64,000 nucleotides of DNA from Octopus sinensis. Lineage: Eukaryota. Below the pieces are notes generated by a model, which saw only the letters and a list, made by a program, of their open reading frames with translations, ran no database searches and was not told the DNA's origin. The first letter of the stretch is position 1; each line of letters begins with the position of its first letter. Shown one piece after another: positions 1 through 12,085 of this stretch. The stretch covers positions 77,562,001 to 77,626,000 of the forward strand of contig NC_042999.1 in assembly GCF_006345805.1 (NCBI RefSeq). The letters run 5' to 3'. Made by a program: the position numbers and the translations under genes.

Positions 1-1210
1 AGAGTCAACCTAGCTAAAACCAAAGTCCTAATAAGTAGGAAGGCAGGCAAACCACAAATCCCTTCTGTAGAAAAGGCGTAGGTAGAAACTCTATAAGATG
101 TACCCAGTGTAAGCTATGAACACATAAACGGTGCAGCAATATCAAAGGGAGGCTAACTGGGAAGATAGTTTTTATAAGTGGCATATACTCAGGAGCAATA
201 ACCACTGAAAATGTGCAGAGAACAACTAGAAGTATTCGATAGCTTTCGTTACCTAGGGGACCAAGTCAGTAGCAGGGAAGGGTGCGCTGAAAGTGTAGTT
301 GCTAGAATAAGAATAGCCTGGGCAAAGTTCAGAGAGCTCTTACCTCTGCTGGTGACAAAGGGCCTCTCGCTCAGAGTAAAAGGTAGACTGCATGATGCAT
401 GTGTACAAACAGCCATGCTACATGGCAGTGAAACATGGGCTGTGATTGCTGAGGACATGTGTAAGCTAGCAAGGAATGAAGCCAGTGTGTATACTCAACA
501 GAGTGTAAGTACCTTGAGAGAAAATTTGAACCTAAGAAACATCAGATGTGGTGTTCAAGGGAGACAACTGTGCTGGTATGATCATGTGGCGAGAATGGAT
601 GTGGATAGCTGTGAAAAAGTGCCACACCCTAGCGGTTGAGGGAACCTGTGGAAGAGGTAGTGAAGTATGACCTTCGAATATTAGGCTTCACCAAGGCAAT
701 GACTAGTGCCTGGGACCTTTGGAAATATGCTGTGCTTGAGAAGACTCAGCAAGCCAAGTGAGACCATAACCTCATAGCCTATGCCAGGGGTGTAACCAGC
801 CCACTTATGCATACCTTTCCTTCATTGGACACTAAACTCTGCTTGTGAAGACCTGTTGAGGCAAGTGAAATCGAAATCAAATTCGATGACTGGCATCTGT
901 GCTAGTGGGGCGCTAAGAGTATCATCCGAGCGTGATCATTGCCACAGCAACAAACTGGCTTCCATACTGGTGGCATGTAAAAAGCACCATTTGATTATGG
1001 TTGTTGCCAGTACCACTTCACTGGCTCTTGTGCCGGCAGCACATAAAAGCACCCACTAAACTCTCGGAGTGGTTGGTGTTAGGAAGGGCATCCAGCTGTA
1101 GAAACTCTAACAGATCAGATTGGAGCCTGGTGCAGCCATCTGATTCGCCAGTCCTCAGTCAAATCATCCAACCCATGCTAGCATGGAAAGCAGACATCAA
1201 ACGACGATTA
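1..1210 (+). mobile_element. RTE-clade LINE, 3' portion (ORF2 C-terminus with frameshifts/stops, plus 3' UTR tail)
   Basis: ORF 211-639 (QLEVFDSFRYLGDQVS...[17 protein letters not shown]...[21 protein letters not shown]) is typical of the RTE RT-distal region. It is followed by the family 3' UTR (...ccaacccatgctagcatggaaag...aaacgacgat), running into a (TA)n tract. Confidence 0.9.
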
Positions 1211-1249
1211 TATATATATATATATATATATATAAATATATGAAATTTT

Positions 1250-1333
1250 GAATTTAGTTTACGGATCCCCAGTTTCCCAGTACTATCTTCGTGGACCACC
1301 AGAGGTCCGCATCCTCCACGTTGGGAACCACTG
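1250..1333. mobile_element. hAT-type MITE terminus
   Basis: Ends in ...GTTGGGAACCACTG, the reverse complement of a CAGTGGTTCCCAAC hAT-like TIR. The partner end was not identified. Confidence 0.45.
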
Positions 1334-2289
1334 CTCCAATACATCAAACACAGCTACTAGACCATATCGCTGGCTTTACCAGCTTAAAAAATGGCAAAAC
1401 AAATTTAGTGTTCCAGCCAGAATATCTTGGGTAGCTGAATATCACAAGACTTATGCACTTCGTATTTATAACTACAAGTACCTATAGAAATTCCATGATA
1501 GATACATTTTTTTAGATGGTTAGAAGTTTATATAGAACTATAAATATTACTGTTTCTTTTGAAATTGTATATTTTGCATGGTTTTCATTAAAAAAATTCC
1601 GTTCTTCTGGATGAGAGATTCTTTTATAGATCTAAGAGCTTTACAATGACTACAGATGTCCCAAATGTAACTTTCAACCATGTTTACAGTTTTTTGATGT
1701 TCTTTCTCATTTTCTACATTGAACACTTCTTTGATTCACATTTTCTCTTCTATGCAGCACCAGTTATGGGTTTGGTGATTTGAGCCTCTGCTTCTCTTTG
1801 CATCATTGCCTACACTGTCTCATTCTTTATTTTGTTAGCTTACATTGTCTGTCATCTATAATATATAAACAAATATCAATTCCCAAGCAAGCAGATGATA
1901 AATAATTGCACTTACGCACATACATTGTTGGGCAATATAAAAAAGTTAGATCATTAAAAAAAAAATTTAAAAAAACATTTTACTATCTTCACCAACATCA
2001 TTATTGTTTTCAGTAACAAAGCTGTGTCTAAGTTGTTTGCCAACCAAAATTATTTTCATTTCCTTTTAGTTCAGTTCAGCTGTTTGTTTATATCTTTCTT
2101 TTCTTTTTGTCGATGTATCGATCTTTAACAATACAAAATTTAAATAAATTTAAAAACAAAAAAACAAAACAAAAATAACTTCCATAGCAATTTTCTTATT
2201 TCACCTTCATTGAAAAATCTATCTATAAGTTTCTTATTACATCTAATATAAGTCTTCTTTCCACCATCCACCCATCAATGTTTTGTCAA

Positions 2290-2560
2290 TGAGTAGATAG
2301 ATAAATAGATCGACAGATAGAAGAAACTGCCGGCATCAGTTATTAGAGCACTGAATCCTTCAAAACTTCCATGCTTTCTGAGATTCGCCAACACTACACC
2401 TGATTTTCTCCCCTCCATACACACACAAGCATGTATCTGACTCATACATTGTTCGCTTTCCAGACATTTGTACATTACTGCATGTACTTTATATGCACTT
2501 TCTGACAAGTTGTGGTGCACCTGAGCACTGTATACAATAATTTCATTATTATATTATAAA
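2290..2560 (+). mobile_element. CR1-like LINE 3' end fragment
   Basis: Homologous to the 3' end of the copy at 20380-20845 (aaactgccggcatcagtt...gtggtgcacctgagcactgtatacaat, then ATT-rich tail). Confidence 0.7.
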
Positions 2561-3059
2561 ATGTTATTTTGTCATTCACAATAATATATGATGTTTAAAA
2601 TTTCCCTCTGCTAAACACTCTCTCTCTCTCTCTTGCTACCTCTTACTTTAACTTTTTAACCATGTTATTCCTCTCTTCATGCTGTTATACTTTCTCTTCA
2701 TCTTTCACTTCCACTAACTGCATGACAGTGTAATGCATCAGCTGGTATAAGAGATGTAGGACTTTAAGTGTGATTGCTTTAAAGGACTACTAACATGGAT
2801 TTATGTGGAGTGATAGATTTGGTGATAATGTATTTAAAATTCATACAAGTGAACAATATCTTCATTGATTTTATCATTATATTAAATTAATTTATGTTTC
2901 TGCTAACTCCTAATAAAGCATCCAGAAATTTATGCATTGATATCATTGAACAATATAGTCTCTTTATTATTCAATTAAATTAGTTCCTGTGTTTTATATT
3001 CTTTAACTCACTTTTAAATTAAGATTTGGAGTGGGGGAATGATTAGTAGAGGGGGCAGG

Positions 3060-3780
3060 CAAGGCTGAAATATCCATTTACAGATCTGCAGGAGTTGACA
3101 ATATCACTGCAACAAAATATAGAGAAAACTGAGCTAAGGAAGAGCACAATGAAAATGAAAGTGGACAATAACATAGATCAAGAAGCAACTACCAAGGTCA
3201 GCCAACACAAGATAGAAGTGAACCAACTTTGGGCAGTGTTGTAAGCAGCACCGGTGATGTAATTCTGCTGCAGAATTGAGAAGGCAGCAACAATGTTCCA
3301 TTTAGGTGGCCTTAAATATCAGCACTGATGTGAAATTTCATCTATATAACTCCATCATTCTGCCTACTGCAGTCTGTGCCAGCAAGATTTGGAAGAGCAC
3401 ATCAAGGACAGACAAAAAATGTGTATTCTATTAAAAGGTATTTAGGAAAGATTGTGAGTGTCAACTGGCAGGACTATGTCACAAATGAGGAGTTTCTAAA
3501 ATAATTAAGGTCATGATCACTACAAAAGATTGTAGCAGAGAACTGATTCTGCCTGGCTAGCCTCATTCTGACTAGATGATCAAAGCATCCAGAAAACAGT
3601 CACGAGGTGGGTACCACCTGAAGGCAGGCCAAAGATCACTTGGCAGATGACCTGAAAATAGTCACCATTACATGGAATGAATGTGCAAGAGCAGCAGTTG
3701 ACTGAATCCAGTGAGGGAAGCTTGCCATCAAAGGTGCTGAGAATCATGTAGGTAGGGAGTGGGACCTAAAGTCAAGAAGC
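3060..3780 (+). mobile_element. Decayed RTE-like LINE ORF2 C-terminal fragment (second family)
   Basis: Broken reading ...LNISTDVKFHLYNSIILPTAVCASKIWKST...RKIVSVNWQDYVTNEEFL...RWVPPEGRPK, typical of the post-RT region of RTE/BovB. Confidence 0.65.
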
Positions 3781-4498
3781 TAATGGAAAGGATGTTAAAA
3801 TGATTAAGTAAAGACAACAGGCTGGTGGGACTCATAAGATCACTCAGTACATTGGGTGAAGAAATGTTCAAGATATCATACCAACTCAAAAGAGTGGAAT
3901 CAGTATGGCTTACATCTTGTATTTGATACAAGTGAGGTTGATATATGAAACAAATCACTAACATCCACTTGTAAAGAGTAATATGTTTTAAGGTTTACTT
4001 TTAATTCTGATACATATATGAGAAAAATTATCAAAACTCAGAAAATATACTGACTAGAAGACTATGAACTCCTCAATAAAATTGCATCCAACCAATGAAT
4101 GAACTGAAATGGTGGGAAATCCTATCAAGTGATAGTTGAAATAGAAAATGAAAACATATTGACTGAATCACAGAGAAATAAAGAAATATGTCCAATAAAG
4201 AAAAAATTAAGAAAACACATTGGCTGGAAAAGCTTACATAGAAATCCAGAAACAAAAAGACAACATAACATGATATTTAATCAGATAAAGAAAAGTCAAA
4301 GTAATTTGAGAAGGGTCTATCAAAGAGAGTAAAGAAAAATCCACAAGTAATATGCAAATTCATTAAAGGCTAAATTAAAAACTAAGTGGAATAAATGAGC
4401 TGTATTAGAGTTAGAATAATTTACACCCTAGGCAAGTAGATGAACACAAGACTTGCAAATTTCATCGTCATTTAATGAAGAAAAAGATTTCAGTATTA

Positions 4499-4892
4499 TC
4501 TTTATATATAAAAGTGAGGTTGTGTGCTGTCTGTCTCCTACGATTTAGATTCCTAACTACTCCCACATTTTGCGGTGCAGTTTAACCAAAACTGGGTATC
4601 TTATAGTCGTGATTCATATCGAGCCCTTCTGGGTATTAGCGCACGTCTACGATGAGTCTACGATTTAAAAAAAAATTTACCATCAATTTTCCCCATTTTT
4701 AATGCATTTTTGGCATATATAAGGGAAGTAACTCTCTAAAAATTTATTAAATCTCAGAACGTAAAAAGCTACAGTAACACACCTCCCTTTGTGGTTAGCC
4801 ATATTGAGATGGCTATTATATTTTACATCTCTAAAAATGCTTATATAGTTATTTCCCTTACAAACCCGAGCAATGCTGGGCGATACTGCTAG
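4499..4892 (+). mobile_element. Non-autonomous Helitron (family 1)
   Basis: A|TCTTTATATATAAAAG 5' end; 3' hairpin CCCGAGCA-A-TGCTGGG about 8 nt before CTAG|T; inserted between A and T with no TSD. Confidence 0.8.
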
Positions 4893-5009
4893 TAATAGAT
4901 AAAATGCTAAAATTTGAAGAACAAACTGCAAAATATCGAAAGGGCAAATGAGATAATAGATCTAAGAACTTTGAAATTCACAAGAACATTTGTACTGAGT
5001 TGTGATAAG

Positions 5010-6065
5010 AAAAGTAAATAATTCACTTCAGGGATAGATTAATCTAAAGGACTTTCAGATAATCTGGCAAAAACCAAAGTCCCAGTAAGTAGCAAGACAG
5101 AAAAATTACAAATCACTTCAGGGAGATGGCCCTGATCAATATGTAAGAAGGCCTTTGGTAGAAACTCTGTATGTTGTACCCTGTGCAAGCTTTGGACACA
5201 AGGTGCAGCAGCATCACAGGAAGGTTAACAGAGAATATAGTCTTCATGTGTAGCAATTGCAAGCCCTAAAATTGTGCAGACAATAGACTCAAATGTTCAG
5301 GGGGATCATTAAAAGTTGTAGATAGCTTCCATTTCCTAGGAGACCAAGTTAGCAGTGGTGAAGGAAGTTGTGAAAGTGTAGCTGCGAGAACAAGGAAGGG
5401 CTGGGCAAAGTTCTGAGAGCTTCTACCTTTGTTGGTAACTAAGGGCCTCTCCCTCAGAGTGAAAGGCAGATTGCATGATACCTGTGAACGCACAGCTATA
5501 TTAAATGGCAGTGAAACATGGTCTTTAACTACAGAGGACTGACAAAAGCTTGAAAGAAATGAAGCTAGCATGCTCTGCTGGATGGGTAATGTCACTATGC
5601 ATGCACGACAGAGTGTAAATGATTTAAGAGGCATCAGATATTGTGTGCAAGAAAAAACTCCACTGGTTTGGTCATGTGATGCATACAGATGAGGACAGCT
5701 GCATAAAGAAGGGCCACTAATTGTGGAGAGAGTACCTGTGAAAAGAGTAGACCCAAGAAGATATAGGATGAAGTGGTAAGAAAGGATCTTCAGACACTGA
5801 GCCTCATTGAGGAAATGACAAGAGACCAGATGTGGCTATTTGCTGTACTTGAAAAACGTGTCAAACTAAGTAAAAGAAAATCAGTCTTCCAAACTCATAG
5901 GCTTGTCCTTTCAGGTGCTGGTGCCACATAAAAAGCACCCATGCTGGTGGCACATGAAAAGGACCCAGTACACTGTAAAATGGTTGGCATCCAGCCATAG
6001 AAACCATGCCACACTGTCCAGCCAATGCCAGCATGGAAGATGGACATAAAATGATGGTGATGAGG
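5010..6065 (+). mobile_element. RTE LINE 3' fragment plus 3' UTR/(GAT)n tail
   Basis: Same decayed ORF2 C-terminus as 1-830 (FHFLGDQVSSGEGSCESVAA...GSETW); tail ends gatggtgatga. Confidence 0.8.
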
Positions 6066-6114
6066 TTTATGCCACAATTACAGTTCTATATTTAAGAGAT
6101 GAGGAATTATGTAC

Positions 6115-6519
6115 ATTATTTACAATTGACAGATATTTGTCCTCATCTAGTTTGTTGTTAACACAACATTTTGGCTGATATACCTTCCAGCCTTTATCAA
6201 GTGTCTTAGGGAAATTTCGAACGTGGGTTCTCGTTCCTAAGGTATTTTTCGATATTATTACTGTTATTCAGGTCACTGCCTGGAATCGAACTTGGAATCT
6301 TGGGGTTAAGAGCGCAGGTTACTAACCCCAAGATTCCAAGTTCTGTTCCAGGCAGTGACCTGAACAACATCATCATTATCATTGAAAAATACCTTAGGAA
6401 TGAGAACCCAGGTTCAAAATTTCCCCAAGACACCTGATAAAGACTGGAAGGTATATCAGCCAAAATGTTGTGTTAACAACAAACAAGATGAAGACAAATA
6501 TCTGTCAATTGTAAATAAT
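6115..6519. mobile_element. Foldback (inverted) pair of a tRNA-headed element carrying a degenerate minimal hammerhead-ribozyme motif (Penelope-associated/SM-alpha-like)
   Basis: Arms 6115-6308 and 6323-6519 are reverse complements around a 14-nt spacer. The right arm begins with a tRNA-like head (GGTTAAGAGCGC...ctaaccccaagattccaAGTTCTGTTCC) and contains GACAC-CTGATAA-a-GACTG..CAGCC-AAAATGTT-GTGTT (6429-6474). Confidence 0.7.
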
Positions 6520-8899
6520 TTACACCACTAATACATCATTTTCTTTGTTGCAACACCATAAATTCAACAGAATTATTTTGGTCAGTCATCACGACACATG
6601 TTTAGCTGAATGAATCTGTCAGTTCTAGTATATTCACTATAGTGGAATAAACTTCAATCTGCACCATCTTACTACTTGTTGATATGAAATGATCATTTTT
6701 CATACTATCTGAAATACCCACATTGACATATTGCTTTAAATTACATTGCACATTAATTATTACCTCACTGATTAAGCTGTATTGGTCCAAATGGAAGTGT
6801 AATAAACCATTGCTCATGTACAAGCACAATATCAACATTTTGTTATTTCTCTGTGCAACTACAGTGTTTCATACCTTACATATCTACATCTCCTTGCAAA
6901 AGGCAGATCTATGCAATTTCAATCTAGAGTCCCTATAAGAACTCGTGGTTAAGATTGAATTGATACAAAGTAACTAAATAACTATCAAGGTTTTGCAAAA
7001 CCCAATGTATCCGGAGAAGTTAAAAAAAAATACCAAACTGGAGATGCAGTAAGTCAGAGTGAATATGCTGGAAATATAGTAAATATTAAATGAATTATGA
7101 AGAGAATTTATGTAATTGTATTCACATTTGGAGTGAGTATAGAACAAGAGGAGAAAGGATTATATCTGAGAATACCAAATACAAAGAAGAAAGAAACAAT
7201 TTAATAAAAATTTGGAATGGGTAATGGAAAAAGTAGCAACTGTAAACAATATAATTTAAAAACTAGTTGAACAAACAGTAGGAGCAATTAGAAATAAAAG
7301 ATAATTTTAAAGTAGACATGATTTAGTTCATCACGCACCAAAGGAACCAGCAGTCCAAGATAAGCAGTTCATTAAGGAATCTAGAGAAGAAAACTAATAG
7401 GTACTGTACCAAATATACCTAAACCATAGGTACCTAAATCTTGGGCTTTGTACTTGCTATCATCTCATGAAGCCTTAGAGGAAAATATTTTGATCAAAAT
7501 TGGAAGATACTGAAATTAAAATACAAGCAATCCAAAATGTAATGCTTAAAAAACAATCCCAAGACTTAAAAGATGTAACAAATTTAAAAGAATAAAATGC
7601 AATATACATGGAGTGGAAAAACTATATAACAATTTGAAAATAGCAATCAGACACAAAACAATTGGTAAGATTAGGTTAAAAAATTGCAGGGCCAGATCAC
7701 AAACCAAAGGCTGCAAAGGATGAAATTCAGATAAATTGGAAAGAAATACAAAATACTGGAAGCTGCAAGAAATTTAAAAGATGCATGAGGTGAATATAAG
7801 TAGAAGAAACCATTTATTGTACAAGGAAACAAAAAAAATCTGCAGAAAGAAGGGGATGACTATTTGGTTAAGTTCAGTTTGCAACCATATGGATTTCAGG
7901 TTCATTCTCTTTATATGGTATCAAAGCAAGTATCTTCTACTACAGCCTTAAGCTGACCAATGCTTTGAAATTAATAGACTGAAACTGCATGGGAGCCTGC
8001 CTGCCTGCATGCACGCACACCTCTCATGTCCTGACATTTTTTACATGATAAAACTGTAAAATACTAAGACATGGCATGAAGTGGTGAGAAAGGATTAACT
8101 GACGTTGAGACTCACAGAAGGACTGACACTCCTGGCAGTTTGCTGTGCTTGAAAAGACATGTCAAGCTAAGTAAAAGCATGGCTATCTTTGCATACAGGC
8201 TTGTCTCCTACATCCTTCAACAAGCTGAGCATTTCTAATCTTGTGGGATTGTAGGTACTACTGCCACATAAAAAACACCTGCATTGGTGCCACAAAGTGC
8301 ACTCATACTAGTGCTGCATAAAAGCACCCAGTACATTCTGTAAAGTGATTAGCATTAGGAAGGGCATCCAGCTGTATAAACCATGCCAAAAAAGACATGG
8401 AGCCTGAGTAGCTCTTCAGCTGGCCAGAGCCTGCCAAACTACCCAACCGATGCCAACATGGAAAACAGAGAAATGATGACGAGGATTAGGTCACCAGTTA
8501 CCATACTTGGAAACAAGGGTTAGTGACAAGAAGGGCATCCAACCATAAACTACTGCTCCAAAGTTTTGAGTCACTTGTGCCAGCTTGGAAAAGAGAAAAA
8601 TGTAAGAACAATACTGAAAGGTATCAAAATATATGAAAATAAGAAGGGTTCAAAAACCCTAACTAGGTAGACTAAGCAAACAGCCAGAAGATACAAGAAA
8701 ATTGTATGGTACACAAATGCTAAAAATACTATGAAGATAAGTTGAAACAAGGGTTAGGGAATATTAATCAGATTTAACAAGATGTGAATCTTGACACGGA
8801 GTAATAGATGGAGTGTAAAGTATAGATTATAAATCATTTCAGAAAAATAATGTAAACAGAAATGGACAACTTTTAATTTAGAGAGATATATGGAGCCAT

Positions 8900-9345
8900 C
8901 ATCATTGTTCAACATCTGCTTTCCATGCTAGGATGGGTTGGACGGTTTGACTGAGGACTGGTGAACCAGATGGCTGCACCAGGCTCCAATCTGATCTGGC
9001 AGAGTTTCTACAGCTGGATGCCCTTCCTGACACCAACCACTCCGAGAGTGTAGAGGGTGCCTTTATGTGCCACCGGCACGAGGGCCAGTCAGGCGGTACT
9101 GGCAAGAGCCTTGCACAAATGGTGCTTTTTACATGCTACCTGCACAGGAGCCAGTCCAGCGGCACTGGCAACGACCTCACTCGAATGTTTTTTCACGTGC
9201 CTGTAAGGATCATGCTCAAATGGTGCTTTTTACATGCCACTGGCATGGAAGCCAGTCAGCTGCTCTGACAATGATCACGCTCGGATGGTGCTCTTAGCAC
9301 TCCACTAGCACAGATGCCAGTCATCGAATTTGATTTCGAACATCC
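8900..9345 (-). mobile_element. RTE 3' UTR tail copy
   Basis: catcatcat...ttccatgctaggatgggttggacgg...tctacagctggatgcccttcctgacaccaaccactccgagag, with ~60-bp internal subrepeats. Confidence 0.8.
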
Positions 9346-9469
9346 ACTTTGCCATACTTGCATAGATTAGACCAAGGGTGGACTGAGAGTATTAAGGGCC
9401 CTCAGGTATAACTGTTTACCAGGCCCCTTTGAAATTATGCTTTAGTAGAGTTAACGTGAAGAGTGCAGG

Positions 9470-9910
9470 CCCTCAGACAGAGCCCAATTGACCAATGGTT
9501 CAATCCACCCCTGGATCAAACAGAATTTGCTAAGGCAAATTTTCTACAGCCAAATGCCCTTTTCACCAATCCTCACTTCTTTCCAAGCAAGGTAATATTT
9601 CACCGTGGCCAGATAGGTTTTCATGGAAGACTGGAAATGAAGGACACTGCTTGTATGACAGTGACACAAGTTTACAACAATCATATGAAATTAAAGTGGG
9701 ACAGTAATATACACAAGTGCAGCCTCTTGACTTTTCAATGATATACATACACTGAATATGTTTATCACAAACAGGCATCTTTCAGTTTCCACATACCGAA
9801 TTCACTCACAAGACTTTGGTTAGCCCAGTGCTCAAAGGGCAACACCTCCAAGGGGACTGGACCAGAAACCATGCAGAAGCAAATTTCTTACTATGCAGCC
9901 AAGCTTCTGC
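9470..9910 (-). mobile_element. tRNA-derived SINE with RTE-like tail (decayed)
   Basis: Reverse complement of the family seen at 26405-26970 (body ttccaagcaaggtaatattt...gacactgcttgtatgacagtgacac; core ttcagtttcc...caaagactttgg). Confidence 0.6.
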
Positions 9911-12085
9911 CTACAGTAAAAGAAACAAAACTAAAGTTAAAAATCCAATAAAATGTGATGAAAAGAAACTGGTTTAAGGATATGAGAAGCACTCTTCACA
10001 TATGTAACTAGGAAAGGCAATGCAACGTGTCCACTTCAGAAAAAGGATTGCCGTCACCGGATTGGCCTTTAGTAAAAAGTTTTCAGGAAACTGCAGAATT
10101 GTTTAGAAGTTTTGCAATGATGAGAATAAAGATGATGAGCAGCCTGAATATTATACAATAAATATAGCTGCAGAAAAAAAAAATGCAGTTTTCAGATAGC
10201 TATACGACCTGACTATGTATCCAGTTTTAGCTCTGGGTAGCATTCAGTCAAGAATTATTTTAAAGCAGTGTGGTTACAATTAACAAAAACAAAACAAATA
10301 AATAAAACATATATCACTAATTTTTCAGTTAGTTTGATGGTGAAAATCATAACGAGAGTAGTTGCAAAACATAAATAATGGACTAATAACTAAATGCTAA
10401 GAATTTATCCCAGAGAGAACCCTTTGATATTGTGTACCTGGACTGTAAGAAAACATGACAAGACTACCATACAGAAGTATAGTGTGAAAAGTGGTGCATT
10501 TCAAAGATTTGTCCGAAGACTAGGTTTACTACTAATATTTGTAAATGATCTCTGGAAGATATTAAATCAATCTGTAGATTATTTGCAGAGGATGCAAACA
10601 TAATAGAACTGAGTTAGTCAATAACATGGAAATTAGAATTTAACACAGATAAAATGATATTACTTTACTTTTGGTACAACTCAGACAGATTTTTCACGGA
10701 AATGTAATGACAACTCAACTAGTAAACGTATTAATAGAAAGAGATGACATTTAGTAGCCTATATTTCAGTATCGGAACGGCTAGCAAATTGCTAGAATTG
10801 ATTAAATTTTAGTTTGGTATTCTAGAAAAGTTATGTAAGACTACATATGGAGTCTATTGTTCAGGAATATTCCCCGAGAGCAAGTAAATTTGTTCTTAAA
10901 AGAAGAAACCAGCCGTGTATAAAAAAAAAAAAATAATAATAAAAAGAGGGAGGCGGTTTAACAGAAATAAACTTCTAGCAAGGATAAGAAGTCAGGTTTC
11001 AATTCTTTGAGGAAAATACAAACAGGTTGAATGGAAACAAACAATAAAAGGTATTTGTCACGTGACCAGGAGTGAGTGACCTGATAAAGCATATGTAAAC
11101 AAAAACTACGTTAACAATTGATAACTAAACCAAAGTAAACGATATGGTTCTAACTTATCATCGAATCTATGGTTCTATATATTTTTGATCAATAGAGGAA
11201 GACAGTAATTTTTTTTTTGTTGTTATTCGACTCACTGCCTACGTGTATGATAAGAGTTTGATATGACGCAATCACTGACGTTCCCAGAAATACAGTTCAG
11301 ACATCTGAAATTCTAAATAGGCCAATATATTTTGTCTACGATATATAAAAATTTTAAATCTTAGCTAAAAATGGGTTTAATTTCATTCTACATAATTTTA
11401 AAATGCTGGATAGTCGGCCACAAGACAACATTGATAGAAAAGTTAATTCTGAACTCGTTTTTATTACCGGATGCTATAATAGTCAGAACAACTTAAGAAT
11501 AATAAAACCAGCTTATTTTGTGTAGGTGTATTTGATATTTTCTACGTAATAGTTTAAAAAATAAAATTAATACTATCTTATTACGATTTGAATTATATAT
11601 ATATATCTATATATAAATAAAATATCTTTATAGCAACTTTGATGATTAACAGTTTTGAAATAGAAATTTGTTAACGTTTGTAAGTAACAATATGGAAAAT
11701 TGTTTTATAAACCAGTGCATACAGATTTATTCATCTACATACAAACCAGTTATGTAGCGAAACTGGTTTTGTTTTTATGTTACAATCAATAAATTCTAAA
11801 AATCAACATAGGTTTTAATAGAATTTCATGCTCTGTAAAGAGAGTGGTTATTTACTTTTGAGAACCGAGACATCTCGTTTGACAACTTATAGAGGAGTTT
11901 TAAAATAATAGAGGCTAAGTTATAAAAACTTAGCAAGTTTATTTTTATTTATAGAAAAGTTAAAACGTTAATGTTTGCAGATTTAAATAGATACGGTAAG
12001 AGTTTATAAATGAAAAAATATTTTTTTTTATGCATGTCAATGATGTAAACATAAATGTAAAAGGTTTCGAGTGTGCGTAAAAAGA

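Noticed and set aside
10380-10900. Possible old CR1-like RT remnant (LLLIFVNDL...KLEFNTDK)
   Set aside because: Too degraded to delimit or classify reliably by eye.
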